In this document: positions 34,893 through 44,248 of the stretch, piece after piece
How the letters are laid out: every line of letters starts with the position of its first letter
How positions within the stretch are numbered: the first letter of the stretch is position 1
Assembly (NCBI GenBank): GCA_965248575.1
Contig: CBDFJQ010000002.1
Coordinates: 2,592,001-2,656,000, forward strand
Length of the DNA stretch: 64,000 nucleotides
Reading direction: 5' to 3'
From: Planctomycetota bacterium
Lineage (GTDB): Bacteria > Planctomycetota > B15-G4
Translations under genes and position numbers: made by a program
Notes under the pieces: generated by a model
What the model was told of the DNA's origin: nothing
Databases searched by the model: none
Seen by the model: the letters and a program-made list of their open reading frames with translations, nothing else

Positions 34893-36176
34893 ATGCATCG
34901 CAGGACATTCTTGGGCGGCCTGGGGCTGCCCCTCGTCGCGGCAGGAGTCCTGCTGGACCCCAAGCGCGCGGTGTCGGCCCTGGCCTCAGTGGCCAGGTCA
35001 CCCCGCAGCAGCACGGCTGCTGACGAAGATTACTGGGCCACCATCGGCCAAGCCTTCACCGTCGACCGCAGCCTGGTCAACTTGAACAACGGCGGCGTGA
35101 GCCCGTCCCCCGCCATCGTCCAAGAAGCCATGGGCCGCCACCTGGCGTTCAGCAACCAGGCCCCCGCCTACAGCATGTGGCGCGTGCTCGAGCCCCAGCG
35201 CGAACAGGTGCGCGCGCGCCTCGCCCGGGCCTGGAAGGTCGACCCGGAAGAGATCGCCCTGACCCGCAACGCGAGCGAGGGCCTGCAGATCTGCCAGTTC
35301 GGCTTCGACTTGCAGCCAGGCGACGAGGTGCTCACCAGCACCCAGGACTACCCGCGCATGTTGAGCACCTTCGAGCAACGGGTGCGGCGCGAAGGCATCG
35401 TGCTGAACAAGATCTCGCTGCCCACTCCCTGCGAAGACGACGACGAGGTGGTGCGCCGCTTCGAGCAAGCCATCACGCCGCGCACGCGACTGATGCTGGT
35501 GAGCCACGTCATCAATCTCACGGGGCAGATCCTGCCGGTCGCCAAGGTGGTCGCCATGGCTCGCAGCCATGGCATCCCCTGCATCGTCGATGGCGCCCAC
35601 GCCTTCGCCCACTTCGAGTTCGACCTCGCGGAACTCGACTGCGACTACTACGCGACGAGCCTGCACAAGTGGCTGTGCGCCCCCCACGGAACGGGGCTGC
35701 TCTACGTGCGCCGGGAGAAGATCCCGGACCTCTGGCCGCTCATGGCGGCCGACGAGACCTTGGACGGCGACATCCGCAAGTTCGAGCAGATCGGCACCCA
35801 CCCCGCCGCCAACACCCTAGCCATCGCCGAGGCCCTCAGCTTCCACCAGGGCATCGGTGCCGCGCGCAAGCAGGCGCGGCTCGTCGAGTTGCGGGATCGC
35901 TGGGCCCTGCCCCTGCTCGAAGACGAGCGGGTGCATCTGCACACCAGCCTGAAGCCCGGCTTCGCCTGCGGCATTGCCACCGTGCAGATCGAGGGCATCG
36001 ACAGCGCCGAACTCAACCGCCACCTGTGGCGCACCCATCGCATCCTCACGACGAGTATTCAGCACGAGGAGTTCGAAGGGGTGCGGGTCTCCCCCAACGT
36101 CTACATCAGCCTGGAAGAGATTGACCGCTTCGTGGATGTCATGCGAGATGTGCTGGCGAACGGCCTCCCCGCCTGA
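34893..36176 (+). CDS. Class V PLP-dependent enzyme (isopenicillin N epimerase / cysteine desulfurase-like) with Tat signal
   Basis: MHRRTFLG Tat motif; LNNGGVSP, TRNASEG, VDGAH, SLHKW (PLP Lys). Confidence 0.88.
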   Translation: MHRRTFLGGLGLPLVAAGVLLDPKRAVSALASVARSPRSSTAADEDYWATIGQAFTVDRSLVNLNNGGVSPSPAIVQEAMGRHLAFSNQAPAYSMWRVLEPQREQVRARLARAWKVDPEEIALTRNASEGLQICQFGFDLQPGDEVLTSTQDYPRMLSTFEQRVRREGIVLNKISLPTPCEDDDEVVRRFEQAITPRTRLMLVSHVINLTGQILPVAKVVAMARSHGIPCIVDGAHAFAHFEFDLAELDCDYYATSLHKWLCAPHGTGLLYVRREKIPDLWPLMAADETLDGDIRKFEQIGTHPAANTLAIAEALSFHQGIGAARKQARLVELRDRWALPLLEDERVHLHTSLKPGFACGIATVQIEGIDSAELNRHLWRTHRILTTSIQHEEFEGVRVSPNVYISLEEIDRFVDVMRDVLANGLPA

Positions 36177-36190
36177 GCCAGGACGCAGGG

Positions 36191-36214
36191 CCCCGTGCCG
36201 GAACCGGTGCGGGG
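36191..36214. terminator. GC hairpin between convergent genes
   Basis: ccccgtgccgg-aa-ccggtgcgggg (with G:U pairs). Confidence 0.4.
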
Positions 36215-36232
36215 ATCGGTGCCTGAATGGGC

Positions 36233-38644
36233 TCAGCTGTCGTTCAGGACCCCGAGCCGTCGCAGCTGCTCAACGACCAGCGGGTCGAAGACCCTCTCCA
36301 CGGGTGCCGGACCGAGCGGGCGGTGCGCCTGGTTGTATTCGTCAAGCATGCCCTGCAGCCGGCGGACCCACTCCGGCACCGCCTGCGCGATGTCTTCATG
36401 TTCATTCGGGTCTGCGTGGAGGTCGTAGAGCTGCACGGCGTCGGGCCGGTCGGCAGAGCCTGCCACTCGACCGACGATGAGTTTCCAACCGTCGTACTGC
36501 ACGGAATGAGCTTCGCGCCCGTGCTGGGAAACACGCGGAAGAGGCTCATCATTCACTTCGCGTAGGGAGCGCCCAGGCAGTCCGACGGCCAGCGGGAACT
36601 TCAGGGTCTCCAAGATCGTCGGCACCACATCCAGGGTGCTGGCCGGAGCCAGTTGCACCGAGCCGTAGGGTCGGTCGGGGTATTGAACGATGAGCGGCAC
36701 GGCGAGCAGTTCGCGATAGAGCGAAGTGCCGTGCTCTACTCGCCCATGCCCGAACAACTCCTCGCCGTGGTCGGAGGTGATGATCACCACACGATCCCCC
36801 GGGGGAACGACGTCGTCCAAGCGTTCCAGAAAGTCCACGAGGTAGTCGTCCAGGCGCGCGACGGCCGCGTCGTACAGCCGGTTGACATAAGTCTGGTCGG
36901 CGTCGGTTAGCTCCAGCCGACCCGCCTCGTAGGGTTCTATCACCCGTTCACGTGTGACGTCGCGCCCCATGAGCGGCCCGGCGTAGGGCTGCAGGGGATC
37001 TTCGAAGCGTGCGTCCGCCTGCCAGGGGGCGTGCACCAGATACGTCTGCATGAACAGGAACGCAGGGCGGTCGTCATCACGCTGCTCCAACCAGTCCAGG
37101 GACTCGTGCCAACGAGGGCTCTGGAAACCCCTCTCGTCGTAGACATCGAAGCCCTGGTCGAAGCCGAAGGCCGCGCTGACTGCGCCACCTTCCACCGTCG
37201 CGTAGGTGCGGTAGCCCTGCGCGCGAAGCCGGGTGCTCAACAAGGGCGTCGTGGTGCCCAGCACCTGGGGATACGCGCGCATGCCGTGCTGCGCCACGCT
37301 CTGTCCGCTGAGCAAGGACACTGTGGACGGCAAGGTCTTGTTGGAGGCCGACACGGTGTCCTTGTAGACGGTGGCGTGGGATGCCGCCCAGTCGTCCAGG
37401 CGCGGCGTCGTCCCGCGCCACGAGCCATAGGCCCCCAGGCGATCCGAGCGCAGTCCGTCCACGTTGATGACGATGACGTGCGGCTTGCCCGAGGACGGCA
37501 ACGGGGTCTGCTGGCCGCTCAAGGCGAGATCACTCCAGAAGCCGAAGGGCCAGCTGCCGTCCGTGCTCTCCCCACGCTCTGTTTTCAGACGCAGGCTCAC
37601 ACGGCCTGCGGGCAAGGACGACAAGTCCACCACGTCGGACACGAAGCCCTCTTCCGCGCTGACCGTGCGCGTCCACAGCTCGTAGCGCGAGCCCCCTGAC
37701 CGGGCGATGACCGAGAAGCGCACGGGCAACTGGTTCCACATCTTCTGCATGACGCGACCACCGTCGTCGCGCTGATAGACGCGCTCTGCCACGGCCACCA
37801 CGACGTGCAGGCGCGAGCCGTCCAGGTGCGCGACATCCAGCGCCAGACTCGACGGTGCTGGAACGAGCAACCCCGAACGGGTCTGCGTCCCCACGGTCAT
37901 CTTGTGCGCGAGATCCGAGGCGGTCAGCGTGCCTTCATCCAGATGAGCGCTTGCCCCCACCAGCTCGGAGCCCTGGGTCAGCAGTGCGTGGCCGGGAGCC
38001 CAACGACCGATGGCCATGAGCATCGAGTTGACCGTGTCCCACCAGAAGATCAACTCGCCGTCGTCGTCGCGCCAAAGGTACTCCGCCCCCTCCAGGACCC
38101 ACGGCTGCAAGCTGCGGCCGGCGTGCCGCAGGGACGGCGCCTCGATGCCCGGTCGGAAGCCCACCGTCGGCACGGCACGGAACACCCTGGCATCGGCGGG
38201 TAGTTCGAGGCTGTGCCGGAAGGGAGCGGGCAGCGAATCACCGCGGTCCCACTCGTCGGGCCGGACGCGCAGGACACCAGGTGCTGAGACGTCGCTGTGC
38301 GAAATGGCAATGTCCGCTGGCAGGCCCGTCTCGGGGTAGTTGGTGAGTTCCCAATCCGCCGCCCGATCCAGCAAGGTCTCCGCCGGGCGCAGCACGACCC
38401 CCAACTGCTCAGCGGCCTCGACCTGCTCCGACGGCCCGCAGCCCCACACGCTTCCGAGCACCAGGCCCCAGAGCAACAACGCCCTGGCCTGGATTGGCAC
38501 TCGGAGAAGCGGTCGCGTGAACATGCGCTCGGGGCCGTCCTGGAGACACGTCGCCCCCGTGGACGGCACCACGCCGCCCGGGGAACGATCGTCGGAAGAG
38601 AGATCTGCCCCATCCGTATCGGCGCTTTGGGCATCCCGACTCAT
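36233..38644 (-). CDS. Sulfatase-fold lipoprotein with Thr at the nucleophile position
   Basis: VWGC lipobox-like; VDGLRSD, NKTLPSTVSLLSG, SDHGEE, AVPLI; ends LRRLGVLNDS. Start may be ATG 38524. Confidence 0.83.
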   Translation of the reverse strand: MSRDAQSADTDGADLSSDDRSPGGVVPSTGATCLQDGPERMFTRPLLRVPIQARALLLWGLVLGSVWGCGPSEQVEAAEQLGVVLRPAETLLDRAADWELTNYPETGLPADIAISHSDVSAPGVLRVRPDEWDRGDSLPAPFRHSLELPADARVFRAVPTVGFRPGIEAPSLRHAGRSLQPWVLEGAEYLWRDDDGELIFWWDTVNSMLMAIGRWAPGHALLTQGSELVGASAHLDEGTLTASDLAHKMTVGTQTRSGLLVPAPSSLALDVAHLDGSRLHVVVAVAERVYQRDDGGRVMQKMWNQLPVRFSVIARSGGSRYELWTRTVSAEEGFVSDVVDLSSLPAGRVSLRLKTERGESTDGSWPFGFWSDLALSGQQTPLPSSGKPHVIVINVDGLRSDRLGAYGSWRGTTPRLDDWAASHATVYKDTVSASNKTLPSTVSLLSGQSVAQHGMRAYPQVLGTTTPLLSTRLRAQGYRTYATVEGGAVSAAFGFDQGFDVYDERGFQSPRWHESLDWLEQRDDDRPAFLFMQTYLVHAPWQADARFEDPLQPYAGPLMGRDVTRERVIEPYEAGRLELTDADQTYVNRLYDAAVARLDDYLVDFLERLDDVVPPGDRVVIITSDHGEELFGHGRVEHGTSLYRELLAVPLIVQYPDRPYGSVQLAPASTLDVVPTILETLKFPLAVGLPGRSLREVNDEPLPRVSQHGREAHSVQYDGWKLIVGRVAGSADRPDAVQLYDLHADPNEHEDIAQAVPEWVRRLQGMLDEYNQAHRPLGPAPVERVFDPLVVEQLRRLGVLNDS

Positions 38645-38805
38645 TGCCCGAAACGGCAGAGAAACCCATCAATGCGCGCCGTTCAGACGAACAGAGGGTT
38701 CTGAGAACGCTTTCGCGACAAGCCGCCCAACGCCGGTCTCAGATCCTCAGCGCCCGCCCCCGGGCTCTCGCCGGTCTCTCTCGCAGCAAATGCCGGCGAC
38801 CGACC

Positions 38806-39414
38806 TTAGGCGGGGATCGAGGTCCCACGTAGGCCGTAGGTCACGAATTCGAGCTCGCCAGTCTCACCGGGGCGGCTCTCGAGCGGCTCGTAGTGGCGCA
38901 AGATCCAGGCCTCATCGAACGGGAAGAGAACGTCGTCAGCCTGGACGGGAACGGAAGGGACCCATGTGACGACCAGCTTCTCGGGAAGTGGAAGACCGCG
39001 GCTTGCATGAGCCGAGCGGGCACCCGCGGGCTGCGAGCCGTCCTCATCGAGGGGCTCCAGCATCTCCCGGAACAGCGAGCTGCCCCCCAGGATCCAGAGG
39101 TGATCACTGCCGTCGGGCTGCTCCCGAGCCACCCACTGGCAGGCCTCTGGCAGGGAGCCGAAGAGGCGCACGCCACCATCGTCTCGGCCTTTGGGCCCTG
39201 CGTCCGCTGCCTTGCTGCGCGAGATCACGAGGTTCGTCCGCTTGGGCAAGGGCTTGGCGCCGATGGAATCGTAAGACCCGCGCCCCATGACGACGGTCTG
39301 ACCCCGGGTGCTGGCCTTGAAGTGCTTGAGGTCTTCGGACCAATGCCAGGGGAGGTCGTTGTTGCGGCCGATGAGCCGCTCCCTCGTCATGGCGACGATC
39401 AGGCTGGCGCTCAC
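38806..39414 (-). CDS. folA: Dihydrofolate reductase
   Basis: LIVAM...IGRNNDLPW..SEDLKHF, VVMGR, KPLPKRTNLVISR, ILGG; 4-nt overlap with thyA. Confidence 0.88.
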   Translation of the reverse strand: MSASLIVAMTRERLIGRNNDLPWHWSEDLKHFKASTRGQTVVMGRGSYDSIGAKPLPKRTNLVISRSKAADAGPKGRDDGGVRLFGSLPEACQWVAREQPDGSDHLWILGGSSLFREMLEPLDEDGSQPAGARSAHASRGLPLPEKLVVTWVPSVPVQADDVLFPFDEAWILRHYEPLESRPGETGELEFVTYGLRGTSIPA

Positions 39415-40250
39415 ACGGCCACCTTGAAGGGGATCGCCGAGTGACTCGCGTAGCCCGTCAGTTCGAAGTCTTCGAAGGTCAACTGCTCGAAGGGCTTCTT
39501 GGCGATGTGCAGGGTGGGCAGGTCCATGGGCTTGCGCGTGAGTTGCTCACGCATGCCTTCGATGTGGCCGTACTCAGCCATGCTGCCGTCTGGCTTCGCG
39601 CAGTAGATGTGCGCGTCCACGATGGAGTGGGCGAAGCGCCCCACACCCAGCCCCACCTCTTGCGCCAGCATCTGGGTCAGCGTGGCGTAGGCCGCGAGGT
39701 TGAACGGGATGCCCAGCGCCACATCGCCCGAGCGCTGGCTGAGGTGACAGTTCAGCTTGCCGCCCAAGACCTGAAAGGCGTAGGTGTAGTGGCACGGCGG
39801 CAGGCGGCTGCCCCAGGCGTTGCCGGGCTCCCAAGCCGTCACCACCATGCGCCGGCTTTCGGGGTTCTCGCGCAAGCAGTTGAGCACGTTGGCAATCTGG
39901 TCGATCTCCCGCACGTGCCACGCGCCGGACGCGTCCTTGGTGGCGCTGGGGAACTTCCGCCAGTAGTTGCCATAGGCCGTCTCGAGCACGCCGTTCTCAT
40001 CCGCCCAGGCGTCCCAGATCTTGGTGTGCTGCCGAAGGTTGCGGATGTGGTCATCGCCCGAGAGGTACCAGAGCAACTCACGCAGCACGGACTTCCAGCG
40101 CATCTTCTTGGTGGTCAGGAGCGGGAATCCCTGGGCCAGATCCACGCTGTAGTGCGCCGCGAAGGTGGCGATGGTGTCCACGCCGGTCCGGCTGGACTTG
40201 CGCACACCGTGCTCAAGGACGTCTCGGACCAGTTCCAGGTATTCCTTCAT
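39411..40250 (-). CDS. thyA: Thymidylate synthase
   Basis: RTGVDT, FPLLTTKK, ELLWYL, SRRM, LPPCH, QRSGD...PFN, DAHIY. Start ATG 40250. Confidence 0.96.
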   Translation of the reverse strand: MKEYLELVRDVLEHGVRKSSRTGVDTIATFAAHYSVDLAQGFPLLTTKKMRWKSVLRELLWYLSGDDHIRNLRQHTKIWDAWADENGVLETAYGNYWRKFPSATKDASGAWHVREIDQIANVLNCLRENPESRRMVVTAWEPGNAWGSRLPPCHYTYAFQVLGGKLNCHLSQRSGDVALGIPFNLAAYATLTQMLAQEVGLGVGRFAHSIVDAHIYCAKPDGSMAEYGHIEGMREQLTRKPMDLPTLHIAKKPFEQLTFEDFELTGYASHSAIPFKVAV

Positions 40251-40291
40251 GGTGCAGCCTGTAGTCGGGAGGTGCTCGGGAGGGGCGCGCG

Positions 40292-40297
40292 ATTCTA
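40292..40297 (-). promoter_or_regulatory. Putative -10 element TAGAAT for thyA-folA
   Basis: Near-consensus hexamer about 40 nt upstream of the ATG. Confidence 0.45.
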
Positions 40298-40361
40298 GAG
40301 GTCCCCGGCCCCGGGGCAAGGCGGCGGCGAGAGTTCCTCGCGAGGTAGCATGGCCGCCCCC

Positions 40362-41621
40362 ATGCAGACGCCTCCTCCCTCCCCTCCGGCCTCCTCCCCA
40401 CCCCCGCCGTCCTCAGCCTCGTCAAGCCGCAACGTTCGAAGGCCTGGGCGGGCGGAAGCCGACCAGGTGGCTCCAGAGCCCCCGGGCGCCGTGGATGACT
40501 GGCGCTGGCAACACGCCCATGCGGCCACCTCGCTGGAAGACATCGAGGCTCTCTTTCCAGGGCGTTTCGACCTCGCGAGCGGGTCCAGCGGACAGATCCA
40601 AGGTCTTCAGGGTATCCGGGACGCCATCGCCCTCTACGGCATGCGGGCGACGCCCTACTACCTCTCCCTCGCCCAGAGCGCCTCGGAACAAGACCCGATC
40701 TGGACCCTGGCGGTGCCCTCACCGAGGGAGACGCTGCGGACCCCCGACGAACTCGACGACCCCATCGGAGACGAGGCCGACGGCCTCCACCCCCACAAGG
40801 CCCTGACCCGCCGCTACAAGGACCGGGTGCTGCTGTACCCGACGCCGATCTGTTCGGTCCACTGCCGCCACTGCTTCCGCAAGCGGTTGGTGGGCAAGGC
40901 GGCCCACGCCGTGACGGGCGATGAGCTGAACGTCGCACTCGACTGGATCGCCAACGAACCCGAGCTGCACGAGGTCATCCTCACGGGCGGCGACCCGCTC
41001 ACCCTCGGTGACGATCGGCTGCTCGACATCCTCACCCGCCTGGACGCCATGCCCCAAGTGTGGTCCCTGCGAGTGCACACGCGCATGCCCGTCGTGAACC
41101 CGTCCCGAATCACGGAGGACCTCTGCGCGGCGCTCTCTCGACTCAAGACGCCCGTGCTCGTGGTCACCCACGCGAACCATGCTGTCGAGGTGACGCCGAT
41201 GCTGACCCGCGCCGTGCGTCGCCTGCGTGCAGCGGGAGTCGATGTGCTGAACCAGGCCGTCCTGCTGCGCGGCCTCAATGATTCGGCGGACGTGCATCGC
41301 GAGCTGCTCTGGGCCCTGCTGCGAGCTGGCGTGCGGCCCTACGCGCTGCATCACGCCGACCTCGTGCCCGGCACGAGCCACCTGCGCACAAGCATCGAAA
41401 CAGGAACGACCCTCATGCGCGCCTTGCGGGGCACCGTGCCCGGCCACGCACTGCCTCGCTACGTACTGGACGTTCCGGGCGGCCATGGCAAGGTGCCCCT
41501 GGACCATCCATGGGTCTCGTCGGAAGGGCCTGACCGTCTGCGCATCGAGGCCCCCGACGGCTCGATCCAGTTCTACCGTGGCCCGGCTTTGCCCGCGCCC
41601 CCCAGCTCGGGCGTGTCCTAA
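40362..41621 (+). CDS. KamA-family radical SAM aminomutase (lysine 2,3-aminomutase / EpmB-like)
   Basis: WRWQ, TPYY, DDPIGD, CSVHCRHCFRK, LTGGDPL, HANH, NQAVLLRG, DVPGGHGKVP (PLP Lys). Start ATG 40362 or 40350. Confidence 0.9.
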   Translation: MQTPPPSPPASSPPPPSSASSSRNVRRPGRAEADQVAPEPPGAVDDWRWQHAHAATSLEDIEALFPGRFDLASGSSGQIQGLQGIRDAIALYGMRATPYYLSLAQSASEQDPIWTLAVPSPRETLRTPDELDDPIGDEADGLHPHKALTRRYKDRVLLYPTPICSVHCRHCFRKRLVGKAAHAVTGDELNVALDWIANEPELHEVILTGGDPLTLGDDRLLDILTRLDAMPQVWSLRVHTRMPVVNPSRITEDLCAALSRLKTPVLVVTHANHAVEVTPMLTRAVRRLRAAGVDVLNQAVLLRGLNDSADVHRELLWALLRAGVRPYALHHADLVPGTSHLRTSIETGTTLMRALRGTVPGHALPRYVLDVPGGHGKVPLDHPWVSSEGPDRLRIEAPDGSIQFYRGPALPAPPSSGVS

Positions 41622-41800
41622 GCGGGCGACGGCCCACACGGCGGCGGATATCCGTTCTATCATGGGCCCCGAAGTTGGGGATCGCCCGTGACACAGCTCT
41701 CGCCTGAAAGACGCGTCGTCTCCGAGGCTACGAGGTGCCCCCTCCCCGTCAGGCTTGGAAGCAGGCACACGAACGACCGCGCATCTTGTCGAGCATCACC

Positions 41801-44077
41801 ATGAATCCCCGTCCCATCCGTTTGCTGCTCGCCGTCTTGCTCATGGCGCTCGGCGGCTCTGCCATCGATGCAGTCCTGAATCTCGGAGACAGCTTCGAAG
41901 GTGAGATCTGCAAGGCCAACGAAGTGGACGTGCTGCGCTTCGATGCGCTCCAAACCACCAAGCTGAATCTCGTGCTCGACGCCCAGCCGCTCTTCACGCC
42001 CTTGGTGCAGGTGTTCGACCTGAGCACGGGCCTGACAGTCGGCGAACTCAGCACGACGGGCCCGAGCATCGAGATGCTCACCCAGAACCTGCCCAGCACG
42101 GGGGCCTACGAGATCCGCATCTCCAGTGCCGATGGCAGCACGGGGACCTACTCCCTCTCCACCGACAAGCGGCTGCCGGACAGGCTGGTCAAGATCAGCA
42201 AGCTCAAGCCGGTGGAAGCAGGTTCGGTCTGGAGCCTGCGCTTCGACGCTCTCGCGGGCTTCATCTTGAACGCAGAGATCCGCCCGGGCAGCGGCTCCGA
42301 CGCCATCCCCGCAAACGCGCGCATGTTCGGGCCAGGCGGCCCCGTGTCGCTGACGGGCTTCGTGTTGCCGCAGGTGAACGCCATCGTCATCCGGGACTTG
42401 CCGTTGGGGCTCACCACCCTTGGAGCCTTCACCCTGGTCGCCGACAACATCGGCGGCCCTGGCAGCTTCAAGTCCTTCCTGAACCTGAAGGAGACCACAA
42501 AACCCAAGAGCGTCTCGGAACTGGACAGTTGCAGCACCTTCGGGCCCGAGCAGATCGTCGGCTCGCAGATCTCCGGAGCTTCCGACGTGGACTCCGGGGA
42601 CCTCGATGGCGACGGCGACACGGATCTGGTCGTGGCCTCTCCTGTGTTGCGGCGAGTCTTTTGGCATCGCAACAAGGATGGCCTGGGAGATTTCTCGAGC
42701 GGCATCACCATCCACTCAGGGTTCTCGTTCGACCAACCCTCCGGAGTGCACGTGTCCGACCTGGATGGAGATGGTGACCGGGACGTCCTGGTGTCCTGGA
42801 GGTCCCTGACCGTCACGGCTGGCGCGGTTGGCTGGTTCCAGAACGGAGGAGCCGGCAACTTCGGCTCCAAGCAGGGCCTGAACTTCCTGGCCAACAAGTG
42901 CTACAGCGCCACCTCTGCAGACCTGGACGGCGATGGAGACCGGGACGTCCTGGCGGGAACCCAGGCCTCGTTCCTTGGTTTCCATCGCGTCGCCTACAAC
43001 AAGAACGACGGCTTCGGCAACTTCGGCAGCGAGCAGATCGTGACGTCTGACGTGCTCGCCGTGCGTTCGGTGCATGCTGCGGACCTGGACGGCGACGGGG
43101 ATCCTGATGTGCTCTCGGCATCGCTCAACAACGACACCGTCGCCTGGAATCGAAACATCGATGGCTCCGATGCTTTCGGGCCAAACATCGCCATTGCCAC
43201 CGATGCCCTCGCGGCGCGTCAAGTCAGCACCGCGGACATCGACCATGACGGAGACCTGGACGTCTTGTCCGCCTCGTCCATGGACGACACCATCGCCTGG
43301 TACGAGAACACGGACGGGCTCGGCAGCTTCGGTCCCAAGCAAGCCATCGACGTGACCGCCAACGGAGCGCGTTCCGTCGCCACGGCGGACATCGACTCCG
43401 ACGGGTTCACGGATGTGCTCTCCGCCTCATTCGTCGACGACAGCGTGTCGTGGTACCGGAACACTGATGGCCTGGGTGGTTTCGCCTCCCGGCAGATCAT
43501 CACGGCGAACTCGAATGGGGCGCAGGTCGTGCATCCCACCGACATCGACGGGGACCAGGACCCGGACATCGCAGTGGCCTCGGCCAACGACAACACCCTG
43601 TCCTGGTTCGAGAACATCGAGCTGGCCAACAACTTCCTGCTGCTCGTGGGCAGCGGGCCCGGCACGGCGTGGGCTCAGCAAGATGACCAGCTGCTGGCGA
43701 CCCAGCTCGACACCGTCCTCGACGTGCTGCCGGTGAAAGAAGGTTTGACCCCGTCCTTCCGGCTGCTGGAGGCGGTCGGCACGCCGCAAGGTCGGCAAGA
43801 CAGCGCCTCCACGACCCTCAGCGCGGCCGCCCGCCCCTGGAAGTGGGGCCCGACGTTCACGCTTCAGCTCGTGAGCATGCCCGACGAGCACGGCACCCGT
43901 CCGGCGCTTCATTCTGCGGGCCTCGCCGTGCATCTCCTGCCCGATGGCACCCTCTTCAGCCAGACGTATGGAGCAGCGCAGGGGCTTCGCCTGCGGGCCG
44001 AGATCGAGGTCGACAGCTCGGGGGCACCCTCGTTGAGCTTCCCCTTTGAGCGGCTGGAGCCACCAGCCTCGCCCTAG
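41801..44077 (+). CDS. Secreted FG-GAP/VCBS repeat (beta-propeller) protein
   Basis: Signal peptide; seven D(L/I)DxDGDxD-type repeats, most followed by W..N..G.G.F. Confidence 0.88.
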   Translation: MNPRPIRLLLAVLLMALGGSAIDAVLNLGDSFEGEICKANEVDVLRFDALQTTKLNLVLDAQPLFTPLVQVFDLSTGLTVGELSTTGPSIEMLTQNLPSTGAYEIRISSADGSTGTYSLSTDKRLPDRLVKISKLKPVEAGSVWSLRFDALAGFILNAEIRPGSGSDAIPANARMFGPGGPVSLTGFVLPQVNAIVIRDLPLGLTTLGAFTLVADNIGGPGSFKSFLNLKETTKPKSVSELDSCSTFGPEQIVGSQISGASDVDSGDLDGDGDTDLVVASPVLRRVFWHRNKDGLGDFSSGITIHSGFSFDQPSGVHVSDLDGDGDRDVLVSWRSLTVTAGAVGWFQNGGAGNFGSKQGLNFLANKCYSATSADLDGDGDRDVLAGTQASFLGFHRVAYNKNDGFGNFGSEQIVTSDVLAVRSVHAADLDGDGDPDVLSASLNNDTVAWNRNIDGSDAFGPNIAIATDALAARQVSTADIDHDGDLDVLSASSMDDTIAWYENTDGLGSFGPKQAIDVTANGARSVATADIDSDGFTDVLSASFVDDSVSWYRNTDGLGGFASRQIITANSNGAQVVHPTDIDGDQDPDIAVASANDNTLSWFENIELANNFLLLVGSGPGTAWAQQDDQLLATQLDTVLDVLPVKEGLTPSFRLLEAVGTPQGRQDSASTTLSAAARPWKWGPTFTLQLVSMPDEHGTRPALHSAGLAVHLLPDGTLFSQTYGAAQGLRLRAEIEVDSSGAPSLSFPFERLEPPASP

Positions 44078-44141
44078 GCCTGCGCAACTCTTCCGAAAGC
44101 GCGGTTCGATCCCCGGCTTGTTCCCGCCGACCCCCACCGGC

Positions 44142-44147
44142 TAGACT
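44142..44147 (+). promoter_or_regulatory. Putative -10 element TAGACT for the oxidase operon
   Basis: Recurrent hexamer, about 100 nt upstream of ATG 44249, which has a GAGGA SD. Confidence 0.45.
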
Positions 44148-44248
44148 CCTCGCGTCTCTGTTCTGAGGCACGGAATACGTGCCGCTGTGGCAGATCGGAC
44201 CCCCCGAGGATCGGCTTTCTTGCCAACCTCAGCGACCGTGAGAGGACG

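Noticed and set aside
42590..43620. Recurrent gacctggacggcga-like DNA repeats suggesting an array
   Set aside because: They encode FG-GAP protein repeats, are degenerate at third positions, and have no CRISPR spacer structure or cas genes.
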